A DNA stretch of 32,976 bases from a virus (Duplodnaviria; Caudoviricetes): positions 1 through 32,976 of the IMG/VR virus record IMGVR_UViG_3300031772_000164. One strand, written 5' to 3'. Position 1 is the stretch's first letter; each line of letters begins with the position of its first letter. Both the position numbers and the translations under genes were made by a program. The notes beneath the pieces are model-generated. The model saw only the letters and a list, made by a program, of their open reading frames with translations. It made no database searches and was not told the DNA's origin. Below, piece after piece: positions 7,986 through 17,500 of this stretch.

Positions 7986-10900
7986 CTAGTAGTCGCGTCG
8001 GCGGAACCGCGCTCTCACCTCGGGATCGGTGTCGTCGACCACCGTCGTCGGGGGCTCGGGTACGGCCTGGAATCCCCACCACGAGGGATCCCCGCCCTGC
8101 CCCTGGTTGCCCGCGGGGTCGTGCTCGACCGTCTGCGCGAGCGCCTGCTCTCGCATGTACTGCTCTCGGTCGTCGGCCTGGTTGGGCAGCGCGGCCTCGC
8201 CCTGGTAGATCGTGCCCTTCATCATCGTCGCATTGAGCAGCCGACGGTGATCGAAGTGGCGGACGCCGACGCCGAGCTCGACCTCCCCGTCCTCCAGGCT
8301 CTTGGCGACGCGCTCATCCGACGTGAGTCCCAGGTCGACCGACCCCATGCGGACGCTCTTGCGCGCCGGCAGGTCGGGGGCCTTCTGCTTGGGCTCGGGC
8401 TTCAACTTGGGCATCTTCGCCTTTCCATCCTTGTCCTGGACGATCAGCGGGGCCTTGGCCTTCTCCATCGTGGGATCCTCCTCCTCGCTGCGACGCCAGT
8501 TCTCGAGACCATGCTCCTTCCGGAGCTTCTCGGCCTCGGTTGTGTGGTGGTGCATCTGCTTCCGCGCCTCCTCGACGGCCTCTCGCGAGTGACCCGCCTC
8601 GGACCGCCGGGCCGAGGTCTCGCGCCACTTGTTGGCCTGGTCGTGGTGGTGCTGGATCTGCTTCTTCGCCCCCTCGGTCTTCGTGTGGATCTCGGCCTCG
8701 GCCTGGGTTCCGCCCTCGGCCTTCATGCCAGGATACCAGTAGGTGTAGCCGCCGGCTGCCATCTTCCGGTAGCCCCCCTTGGTGCCGCCGGGGACCGGGG
8801 CCCAGCCAGCGCCGGGCGGTCGCTTCCCGAGCTTGGCCGCGATGCGATGGATCAGGCCCGGCTTCTCCTGGCCCAGAGGCTTGGACTCGCTCGGGCGGAC
8901 TCGCTCGGTGCGCGCGGCGACGGCGGTCATGGCCGACTTGCCCATCTTCCCCCACTCGTCGATCAGATCGCTCCTCGCCCTTCGCGCGCCCTCGAACTTC
9001 TCCGCGAGGTGCGCGGACGGCTGTCCAGCGACGATCGCTCGCAGGTAAGCACGGTAGTGGAGATCTTCCTGGTCCGCTCCCTTGTTAGCGGCCAGTAGCT
9101 TCTCGGCCGCGCCTTTCCACTGGAGCTCCCCCGTTGCGCGATGATGCTCGGCCAGGTCGGCCTCGTGTGGCTCGTTCGTCGTCACGCCCTTGCCGGGGTA
9201 CCAGTAGACGTAGCCGGCCCCGTGTCGCTTCCGATAGCCTCCGTGAGTGCTCCTCGGCACCGGCTCGTATCCCGCGGGACCGCGCGCCCCGGACTTCTCC
9301 ATCCTCCGGAGCTTCCGGTAGTAGTCGGGGTCCTCGGTGAGGTGGTCCATCGCGATCTCGCGCGCGATGGCGTCATCTTCTGGAGCCTCAAAGCGGCCTC
9401 TCACCCTCGGGTCCCTGGTGTGCTCCCGCTCCACCTTGATCCCCGCGGCGAGCTGCTGTTGGTCGAACTGGTCGGGCTTCCGACCCGCGGCCAGACCCCC
9501 GGGGATGCGCTCGGATTTCTTCACCCCGCTCTGAACGATCTTCATCGCTGCCTCGTAGGGCAAGTCGATCATGCCCCGGGTGTACCCGTGGTCGTAGAGG
9601 TGAAGCAGGAACGCCGTCGCCTGGGAGGCGAAGCGATCGTAGTTGCGCCGGTTGATACCGTGGGGACGGGCGTCCTTCTCGGCCTCGGTGATGATCGGGT
9701 GGGTCTTCGGGGCCGGTCGATCGTTCTCGGCGAAACCGATCGACACGTTCTCGATCGCGTTCTCGAGTGCCATCGCCGCCTTCATCTTCCGGAACTCCGC
9801 TTCCGTCGGCGGCTTCCCCTCGAACGCTTCCTTGTCGTACTGGTAGTATTCCTGCCCCTTCGGAACTCCCGTGCGGACGAGACCTCCCCATCGGTCGCCC
9901 TCGACGGGCGCGAACATCTGGCTATGCCGCCGCTGCTTTGCATTCGCTGACTCTGCTCGGGCGGTGGCTTCGTCGCCCCTGGCGACGTCGAGCGTCATCG
10001 CCGCGTTATCGGCGTCCTCCGCGGCCAGGCGATCGGCCGCTCGGGTTCGCGAGGTCGGCTTCGTCTGCTCGCCTCCGAGGATCTTGATGGCTTCCTCACG
10101 AGTGACAATCGGCGGTCCGAGCTTCTTCCCGGGCCTCACTTCCGCGATCGATCCGTCCGGCCGGAGCTCCAAGGCCCGAGGGGTACGCGGCTTCGTCGGC
10201 CCGGCGCCCCCTGCGGCCAGCGCCCTCTCGGTCTCCGCGATCACCCCGCCAGTGGCTAGACCGCTCTGCCAGGTGCGCCGTGGTTCTGTCATGGCCCTGG
10301 GAGGAGGGTAGGATCGAGGAGAGGACTTGGATGGAGTCGTCGGATCGGCGTAGGTCCATAGCTCCAGCTTGCCGGATACCTCCTTACCCGCGTCAGGAGA
10401 CAGCCTTCCCCAGATCGTTCGGAGAGCTGCTTGCAGATCTCCTACCTCATGTTCCGGACCTCGGCCCTCTTGACGGCCATGCGCCTCGGCCACTCGGAAG
10501 ATCTGCTCGACCGTGTTGCCAGATCGGGCCTTGGGTGGGAGCTTCGGCCATGCGATCCGAATCGCATCCTGAAGGTCTCCGACCTCGTGCTCCGGGTCGC
10601 TCTCCAGGCCGTGGGTCTTCGCCGCGTGGATGATGGTTTCCACCATCTTCGGGTGATTCATCTCGGCCGCGACTCGATCGCTGTGACGGCCTGCCTCGAC
10701 CTCGCGCTTCATCTCATCCAGGCGATCGGCCGCTCGGGTTCGCGAGGTCGGCTTCGTCTGCTCGCCTCCGAGGATCTTGATGGCTTCCTCACGAGTGACA
10801 ATCGGCGGTCCGAGCTTCTTCCCGGGCCTCACTTCCGCGATCGATCCGTCCGGCCGGAGCTCCAAGGCCCGAGGGGTACGCGAGGTCGGCTTCGGAGAGG

Positions 10901-13592
10901 TGTGCTTCAACCTGCTCCGCCACGACATGACTCGCCGCTTCTTCGGGGTCGGGTTGTTCGCCTTCTCGCTCGCCGCGTGCGCCTGGTCGCCCCACTCGTT
11001 GGCCCGCTTGGCGGCTTCCTCGGGGTCGACGTTCTTGCCCGCGCCCTTGAGGTGTCGGATGGTCGCCGAGGGCACGTCCTTCCCCTCCGCGTGCTCGATC
11101 GCCGCGACCGCCCAGTCGTGGAGGTTGGCAGCGCCCGCGTGGAGGTCCGCGGCGAGCTCGTGCGCGGTCTTCTTCCGGGGCTTCGCCTGGGCGATCATCC
11201 CCACCCCCTCCGCGCCTTCTCGGTACACCAGACCGGGTTGCTTGGCCGGTCGCTCCGTACCCTGCTCGAGGCGATGCTCGCGCTCCTTCTCCCGGTGGTG
11301 TTCCACCATCGCCCGGTGGTGTATCGCTCGATCGGAGCCACGGGGCTCTGTGTTCTCTCTCGCTCCCGGATCTCCCTTCTCGTCGGGGTACCAGTAGATG
11401 TAGCCTGCCCCGTGCCGCTTCCGCCAGCCGCCGTGCTTGGAGTTTGGCACCGGGTGATAGCCGGACGGCCCTTTCACGGGACGCGGTGCGACCGGAGCCG
11501 GAGGGGGAGGAGCCGGGGGGCGCTGACCAAGGGCCGCGGCCTTCGGGTTCTCGCGGGCCCACTTGTCCTCGGCCGATTCCATGAACCCGGAACCCGTCTG
11601 CTCCTTGTTCGCCTTCTCCAGCCAGTCGTCGAGCTCGCCGGTCAAGCTCATCATCTCCCGCAGGGCCTTGCTCACGAGAGCGCCGAAGAACTTGTCCAGC
11701 GCCGCGTCGCGTTCCTTCCCCTCGGGCAGGGCCTTGATCCCGTCCATCTCCGTGCGAGCGGCCTTCATCACCTGCGCGTGCATCTTCTCCGCGGGGTCCT
11801 TCGACCCCTTCGACGCCTCCCACCGGAGGTTGACGCCGTTCCCCTCGTCGCCGATGTGCGCCTTGGGCGGGGGGTTCCCTCCGAGCACGGCCTCGGGGGT
11901 CGTGCCGTAGTCCTTGAGCAGCTTCGCGAACTGCCGGTCCTCCTCATCCGCCCCGAACACCTCGCCGATCGTCTGCCTGGCGTCGCTCTGTTCGATGATC
12001 ACGTTCATGTCCCCGCCCTCGAACTTGAACTCGGGCGAGCGGCCGGCCAAGCGGCTGATCAGGAACGTCGGGGTCAGCTCCCCGAGCTCCTGGGCCGCTT
12101 TGAGCAGCGCGGCCTTGGATGGCGGTGGCAGATCGGTGCGGGCCTCGATCTGCTTCGAGAGCGCCGCCTTCACCCCGCCGAGGAGCGCCTTGAACTTCGC
12201 TTTCTCCTCGCCCGTCCGGCGCTTCTTCTTCTTCCCCTTGTCGTCGGTGTACTCCTCGGTCGGCGGGACCAGCTCGCCGGCCAGACGGATCTTGGTCAGG
12301 GCCTCCACCGCGGGTTTGCTGTCGAACAGCACCTCGGGCATCTTGTCCGCGAACAGGTGGGTGTTGTCGGCGAGGCGGATCGCTGACCCGAAGTGGTCGC
12401 CCTTCCAGTCGACGGCTGTCCCGCTGTGGTTGGCCACCGCCTGGATGTACGGCTCGAACTTCTCCTTCCCCAGGAGCGCCTCGTACTTCTCGCGCTGCTG
12501 CATCACCAGCACCGCGCTCGCCTGGGGGTGGTAGTTGTCCTTGACCGAGAACCCGCCCCGGGCGATGGCCGGGATCGTGTAGCCCATGTCGTGGTCGATC
12601 CACGCCTGGTAGGCCATGAACCTGTCGGCGGGGTCGAGCTGCTGACCGCCCTTCTGAAGCTGGTCGAAGATCGCATCGCTCATGCGGGCGTTCGCGGAGA
12701 GATGGCGCACGCCGTGATCGCCGAGGGTGCGGCCGGCGGACTCGAGCTCCTGATGCGCGAGCTTCCGGACGTTCTCCTCCATCACCTCCGCTAGCTGCTT
12801 CTCGTCGAGCCCCGCGGCCGTGCCATGGGCTGCCATCTGCGTCATCATCACCTTCGCCTTCTCGACGTTCGAGGGGATGATGTAGCCCTGGCGCCCGAGC
12901 TCCTCCAGGTGGTCGCCGATGGCCTTCCGCAGATCGCCCTTGTAGGGTTTGGCCGGACCAAAGCGGTCCTCCATCTCCTTCTGGACGTTCTCCCAGTCGG
13001 CGGTCATGACCGCCCGGGTCTTCTTGTCCATGTCGTTGAACCCGGGCGGGAGCTCCTTGGGGTCGGTGATCACCTTCCCCGTCGGCGCCGCGCCCGCTGG
13101 AGCCGCGCCCGACGCCGGAGCCGGGGCCGCGCCCGCCGCTGGCTTCGCTCCCGCCGAGGGAGCCACACCAGGAGCAGGAGCCCCCGCGCCGGGAACTTTC
13201 GAGGAGGACGCCGGCGCGGGGGTCTGCTTTTGGGCAGCCTGAGCCTGGGCTGGGGCCCCGGCCGCTTTCGGTGTTCCGACCTTCGCTGCCTTGCCCCCGG
13301 CCTCGGAGTCACCCGCGTGAGACCCGCGCGTGATCCCGATCCCGGGGTACCAGTAGATGTAGCTCCCCCCCTGCTGCTTGTGGAACCCGCCATGCTTGCT
13401 GTTGGGGATCGGCGAGAATCCCGTCGGTGCCTTCGACGTCGAGCCCTGGGGCGTGGCCTTGGAGAGACCCTTCATGCGCTTGTAGATTCCCATGATGCAG
13501 GCGTAGTCCTTGGTATGCCCCTCCTCGGCCGCTCGCTTCTTCGCGGACGTCCAGAGGTGCTCATCTCGGTCGGTCCTCACAACGGCAGGCAT
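7986..13592 (-). CDS. Giant polyvalent protein (1868 aa): HD phosphohydrolase domain, DUF5661-like domain, 4 shared modules, internal duplications
   Basis: GGGAGG RBS; DHGVRH...DHDMG...HPQAS...VANHSG...LADNTH (HD superfamily pattern, ~12300-12790); QLAAGIKVEREH...AREIAMDHLTEDPDYYRKLRRME (DUF5661-like, ~9300-9510). Confidence 0.85.
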   Translation of the reverse strand: MPAVVRTDRDEHLWTSAKKRAAEEGHTKDYACIMGIYKRMKGLSKATPQGSTSKAPTGFSPIPNSKHGGFHKQQGGSYIYWYPGIGITRGSHAGDSEAGGKAAKVGTPKAAGAPAQAQAAQKQTPAPASSSKVPGAGAPAPGVAPSAGAKPAAGAAPAPASGAAPAGAAPTGKVITDPKELPPGFNDMDKKTRAVMTADWENVQKEMEDRFGPAKPYKGDLRKAIGDHLEELGRQGYIIPSNVEKAKVMMTQMAAHGTAAGLDEKQLAEVMEENVRKLAHQELESAGRTLGDHGVRHLSANARMSDAIFDQLQKGGQQLDPADRFMAYQAWIDHDMGYTIPAIARGGFSVKDNYHPQASAVLVMQQREKYEALLGKEKFEPYIQAVANHSGTAVDWKGDHFGSAIRLADNTHLFADKMPEVLFDSKPAVEALTKIRLAGELVPPTEEYTDDKGKKKKRRTGEEKAKFKALLGGVKAALSKQIEARTDLPPPSKAALLKAAQELGELTPTFLISRLAGRSPEFKFEGGDMNVIIEQSDARQTIGEVFGADEEDRQFAKLLKDYGTTPEAVLGGNPPPKAHIGDEGNGVNLRWEASKGSKDPAEKMHAQVMKAARTEMDGIKALPEGKERDAALDKFFGALVSKALREMMSLTGELDDWLEKANKEQTGSGFMESAEDKWARENPKAAALGQRPPAPPPPAPVAPRPVKGPSGYHPVPNSKHGGWRKRHGAGYIYWYPDEKGDPGARENTEPRGSDRAIHHRAMVEHHREKEREHRLEQGTERPAKQPGLVYREGAEGVGMIAQAKPRKKTAHELAADLHAGAANLHDWAVAAIEHAEGKDVPSATIRHLKGAGKNVDPEEAAKRANEWGDQAHAASEKANNPTPKKRRVMSWRSRLKHTSPKPTSRTPRALELRPDGSIAEVRPGKKLGPPIVTREEAIKILGGEQTKPTSRTRAADRLDEMKREVEAGRHSDRVAAEMNHPKMVETIIHAAKTHGLESDPEHEVGDLQDAIRIAWPKLPPKARSGNTVEQIFRVAEAHGRQEGRGPEHEVGDLQAALRTIWGRLSPDAGKEVSGKLELWTYADPTTPSKSSPRSYPPPRAMTEPRRTWQSGLATGGVIAETERALAAGGAGPTKPRTPRALELRPDGSIAEVRPGKKLGPPIVTREEAIKILGGEQTKPTSRTRAADRLAAEDADNAAMTLDVARGDEATARAESANAKQRRHSQMFAPVEGDRWGGLVRTGVPKGQEYYQYDKEAFEGKPPTEAEFRKMKAAMALENAIENVSIGFAENDRPAPKTHPIITEAEKDARPHGINRRNYDRFASQATAFLLHLYDHGYTRGMIDLPYEAAMKIVQSGVKKSERIPGGLAAGRKPDQFDQQQLAAGIKVEREHTRDPRVRGRFEAPEDDAIAREIAMDHLTEDPDYYRKLRRMEKSGARGPAGYEPVPRSTHGGYRKRHGAGYVYWYPGKGVTTNEPHEADLAEHHRATGELQWKGAAEKLLAANKGADQEDLHYRAYLRAIVAGQPSAHLAEKFEGARRARSDLIDEWGKMGKSAMTAVAARTERVRPSESKPLGQEKPGLIHRIAAKLGKRPPGAGWAPVPGGTKGGYRKMAAGGYTYWYPGMKAEGGTQAEAEIHTKTEGAKKQIQHHHDQANKWRETSARRSEAGHSREAVEEARKQMHHHTTEAEKLRKEHGLENWRRSEEEDPTMEKAKAPLIVQDKDGKAKMPKLKPEPKQKAPDLPARKSVRMGSVDLGLTSDERVAKSLEDGEVELGVGVRHFDHRRLLNATMMKGTIYQGEAALPNQADDREQYMREQALAQTVEHDPAGNQGQGGDPSWWGFQAVPEPPTTVVDDTDPEVRARFRRRDY
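8727..8832 (-). repeat. Shared peptide module copy 8
   Basis: LGKRPPGAGWAPVPGGTKGGYRKMAAGGYTYWYPG. Confidence 0.9.
9192..9303 (-). repeat. Shared peptide module copy 7
   Basis: MEKSGARGPAGYEPVPRSTHGGYRKRHGAGYVYWYPG. Confidence 0.9.
10025..10882. repeat. Exact 165-bp direct repeat (10025-10189 and 10718-10882)
   Basis: Copies are identical by inspection and offset by 693 bp (in frame); each encodes RTPRALELRPDGSIAEVRPGKKLGPPIVTREEAIKILGGEQTKPTSRTRAADRL. Confidence 0.95.
11382..11477 (-). repeat. Shared peptide module copy 6
   Basis: VKGPSGYHPVPNSKHGGWRKRHGAGYIYWYPD. Confidence 0.9.
13341..13433 (-). repeat. Shared peptide module copy 5
   Basis: KAPTGFSPIPNSKHGGFHKQQGGSYIYWYPG. Confidence 0.9.
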
Positions 13593-13610
13593 GGCGGGCC
13601 TCCCTGGTTG

Positions 13611-14192
13611 CTACAGGTCGCCGAAGCTCGCGTCGACGGTCGATCCGAGGACCGGCCGGAACTGGTTGTGCTGCGCCTGGGTGACCGCGGTGTCGGCCGT
13701 GCGGTTGAGCACCGCCTGGGCGAGCTCGATCCACTCGTTCCCCGCGCCCACCGCCGCCTGCACGTCCGCGTCCGAGGGGGCCTTCTCGCTCCCGGTCGTC
13801 GCCGGCGTTCCCTTCACCGCGACCACCGTGATCGTGCCCGTGACGTTCTTCGCCACGATCCTCGCGCGGCACGAGGCGCCGGAGATCAGGCCGGTCAGGA
13901 AGGTCGCGCTGTGGATCGCGAAGTCGCCAGCCGCCGCGAACTCCGCGATCACCCCGTCGACCACCACCTGCCCCCTGGCGATGTTGATGTTCCACACCGT
14001 GGTTCCCGTGCCCGTTGCCTGCGAGCTCGGGGTCGTCGGCGCGGCGGTCAGGAGGTCGAGCAAGACCTTGTTGGTCTCATGCGCCCGGATCGCCTCGAAC
14101 CAGGTCGCGATGACGTCGGAGAGCTCCTCGAGGTTCTCGGGCTGGTACTTCTTGGACTTCCTGCTCACGGCCACTACGGATCGGCTGCTCAT
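13611..14192 (-). CDS. Putative virion structural/decoration protein (193 aa, A/T/V/G-rich)
   Basis: GAGGAG RBS before ATG 14192 (MSSRSV...), so the start is moved from 14222. Composition is typical of beta-rich virion proteins; function is inferred only. Confidence 0.7.
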   Translation of the reverse strand: MSSRSVVAVSRKSKKYQPENLEELSDVIATWFEAIRAHETNKVLLDLLTAAPTTPSSQATGTGTTVWNINIARGQVVVDGVIAEFAAAGDFAIHSATFLTGLISGASCRARIVAKNVTGTITVVAVKGTPATTGSEKAPSDADVQAAVGAGNEWIELAQAVLNRTADTAVTQAQHNQFRPVLGSTVDASFGDL

Positions 14193-14202
14193 CTTGATCT
14201 CC

Positions 14203-14517
14203 TCACTCTGCGTCCTGGTCATGGACCAGGTAGGTTTCCCCGTCAGGGGTGTGGCTCATGTTGACGTTGTACTTGTGGAACGTGTGCGCGTACTGGTGAT
14301 CGTAGGCCAGTGCGTCGAGCTCGGCCGTGGTCTTCTCCCGGTAGTAGGGCTCGACCGAGGGATCGGTGAACGGGCCAAGGTGGAAAAGCTGATCCTGGCC
14401 GAAACCCAGTCGCTTGAGCTCCCGCTTGACGTGCCACCACCAGATCCCGAAGTTTCTGTAGTAGAAAGGGACCTTCTGGAGCAGCGCGACGATGTTGTTG
14501 GCTTGCTGTTTCGTCAT
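14203..14517 (-). CDS. Hypothetical aromatic-rich protein (104 aa)
   Basis: ATGA overlap with the stop of the 3034-aa gene (MTKQQANNIVALLQKVPFYYRNFGIWWW...). Confidence 0.8.
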   Translation of the reverse strand: MTKQQANNIVALLQKVPFYYRNFGIWWWHVKRELKRLGFGQDQLFHLGPFTDPSVEPYYREKTTAELDALAYDHQYAHTFHKYNVNMSHTPDGETYLVHDQDAE

Positions 14518-17500
14518 GCCGCGTGCCGCTCCTTCCAGGTGCTCTCGGCGTCCGCTGCGAGCTGAGTGAACAGGGTCGGCCGATAGCTGCTGTAACCGTA
14601 CTCCTTGCTGGCCGTCTTGAGCAACGGATTGGTGTAGGTCCGCCACTCCGGACCGGGGTTCCCCTGGACGATCGCCTCCACGAGCGCGGCCCGATCCTTG
14701 CCCCAGGGGTAGACGATCTCGGCGTTGCCCACCTTCTCGGCCGGCACCACCACGATCCCCTCGGGCTTCCGGACCATGATCTCGTGGTCCTCCCCATGCA
14801 GGTCATACCAGGCGCGGACGTGCTCGTCGATCATGTCCTTGTTCGCCGCCAGAACCTCCTGGCCGATGTGGCCGATGGCCTCGATCGGCGTGGTGTAGGC
14901 GACCTTGATGTTGTTCACCAGGGCCTCGCGGAGCTCGTCGACCGCCAGGTACTTGCTGGCGGTGTAGCCGACCTTCCCCAGTTGATCGATCTGGACCGTG
15001 TGCTCAAGGGCGTGGCCCCAGGTGCGGACCTCGACCTTCCTCTCGTCGAGGTTGATCTTGGTGATCACCAGCTTCCCCGGCTCTCCGTAGCCCCGGGGCT
15101 CCTCGACCACCATCCCCGCCCGGAACACCCTCGCGGCCAGGCGACGGGCGTCGCCCTCTCCGGTCATGAAGGTGTTGACCGCGACCGGCTGGGTTTCGCC
15201 CGCGTTGAGCACGGCCTTGATCTCCAGCGGTAGGATCTCGTTCCGTAGGAGCTGGCGATTGATTCGGGCGGTGTCCTCGGCCAGGCGATCCCGGGTATCC
15301 CCGGGCTTCATCTTCGCCAGCCTCCCGACCTTCCTCTGGTACGAGTAGAACGTGTCCACCGACTCCTGCGACGCCTTGGCGTACCACGCGCTCTCGGCGC
15401 TGTCTCGGCGCTCCTTGATCTTGGCCAGCGCCTCGTCGGGGTTGTCCGAGAGCATCGCCAGCATCTCCACCTCGTCGACGTCCTGACCCTCCATTCCCGC
15501 GGTGATCGAATCGGCGCCCGAGCGCAGCTTGTCGAGCCAGCGTTCCTTGCCCTTGAGCGTGCTGTGACGGAAGCCGTCGAAGCTCCCGGTTGCGAGGTAG
15601 GTGTGGATGTCCACCTGCTCGGCCTTGTTCCCCTGGCGCACGCCGCGGCCGTTCCGCTGGTGCATCGTGCCCGGGTCCCATGGCTGGTCCAGGTGGTGGA
15701 TGTCGGTCGTGCCCTTCGGCGTCTTCTTCCCCTGGAGGTTTACGCCCTCGCCCATCGTGCCGGTGTTGCCGATCACAACCTTGATCTGGCCACGGTTGAA
15801 CGCATCGCCGATTCTCTGTCTGGCCTCGGAGTCGGGCGCCACCTGGGCGTTGATGATCCCGATCTGCTCGGGCGCCAAGCCCTTCTCGATCAACATCGTT
15901 CGCAGGCGCTCGTGGCTGGCGTTGTGGTCGCAGAAGATGATCTGCCCGCCGCGCTCGGTCGCTCCGATGTACGCCTCGTCGACGCACGCCTTGTACTTCG
16001 GCGACCGCCTGTACCACTCGGAGTAGGCTTCCGGATCGTACAGGCCGAGATCCTGCGCGGCCTTCTTCATCTGGTCCAGCATCCGGAACATCCCCCCCGG
16101 ATCCTCGCGCTTGTCCGTCGAAGCCGCTTCCGCTCGCAGCGTGGCGTAGATGGCCTTCTGCTCAGGAGTCATTTCTACGAGGTGTGTGTGCTCCTTTGCG
16201 TCGGGGATCTTCAGACCGACGTCGGTCGCGGTCTGGAGCATCATGTACTTGTCCATGACCCCTTCGAGCTCGCGGAGGTTGGTGAACCCGGTGACGCAGG
16301 TCGCGGCCTCGAGATTGCCCGCGCCCTCGAACTCCTCCTTGTAGTCGGGATCGTCCTCGCTCTCGTCCTCCTCGTTCCTTTTCTCGTCATGCTTCTTCCC
16401 CGGGGGGACCAGGATCAGCCGCGTTTCCATCTTGCAGAACCGATCGATGAACTGCTCGCTGTTCTCGATCCCCATCGCGTGGAACGCCTCGGGCGCGATG
16501 TGCTGGAGCATGTTGAACACCTCCAGCGGCGAGTTCTTCGTCGGCGTCGCGGTCATCAGGTAGACGCCGTTGGTCGGGCTCTGGTCCCGCACCACCCGCG
16601 CCATGTGCTGCATCTTCCGCGCTTGCTTGCTCTGGCCGGATCCTCCGAGGAACTTGGGCTGTGCCCCGAACCTCGAGCGAGCGGAGTAGAGGTTCTTGTA
16701 GGCATGGGCCTCGTCGGCGATGAGGGTGTCGACGCCGAGATCCTCCCAGTAGACCAGCGCCATCTCGTGCTTGAACTTCGCCTGGAGCTTGTCGCTAGCC
16801 CATGCGGCCTTGAGCTTCTCGATCCGCTTGTCGGCGGTCTCCTGTTGCTTCGACCCCGTAACGATCTTGTCGATCCGCCCCGCTCGCTGATACCAGAAAT
16901 CCTCTTTCTCGAACTTCTCGGTGGTCTCGGCCTTGAGCGGGATCCGCTCGAAAGCGGGCTTGGTGCAGATGATCAGGTCGTACTCGTTTTGCTTCATCGC
17001 CGCGAGCTTGGTGTTGCGCTCGATGTCGTTGTCGGAGACCGCTGACCAGCTATTCGCCTCGACGTACTTGTCGAGCGCCTCTCCCGTGAGACCCTGGGCC
17101 GTGGCCTCGGTCGTGGCCTTCTTCTTCGCAGCCCTCGATTGCACGCGGTGCTCGCCGATCACGAGTACACGAGAGCCAGGGATCAGGGTCTCGATCTCCT
17201 CGGCCCAGTTGGTCGCGACGCTCTTGGGCACCACCACCATCGGCCGGCGAGCTAGCCCCTGTTGCTTCCGTAGCCTCGCGAGCAGGATCGCGATGAAGGT
17301 CTTGCCCAGGCCGACGTCCTGTCCCAGGATCCCGCGTCCGGTCTCGGCTGCCCAACGCACCGCCTGATTCTGGAAGTCGTGGGGCACCACCCCCGGGCGA
17401 AGGCCCTCTATGGGAAGGGGATCCCCGCTGTACTCCCGACGGAAGTCTCCGTTGAACGTGCGGTTGTAGAGTTCCTCCAGCGGTTGCCTGAGCTCGCCGG

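Noticed and set aside
10025-10882. Direct repeat as an IS/att site or a diversity-generating retroelement TR/VR pair
   Set aside because: No transposase, integrase or reverse transcriptase in the window, and the copies are identical with no adenine-specific mismatches.
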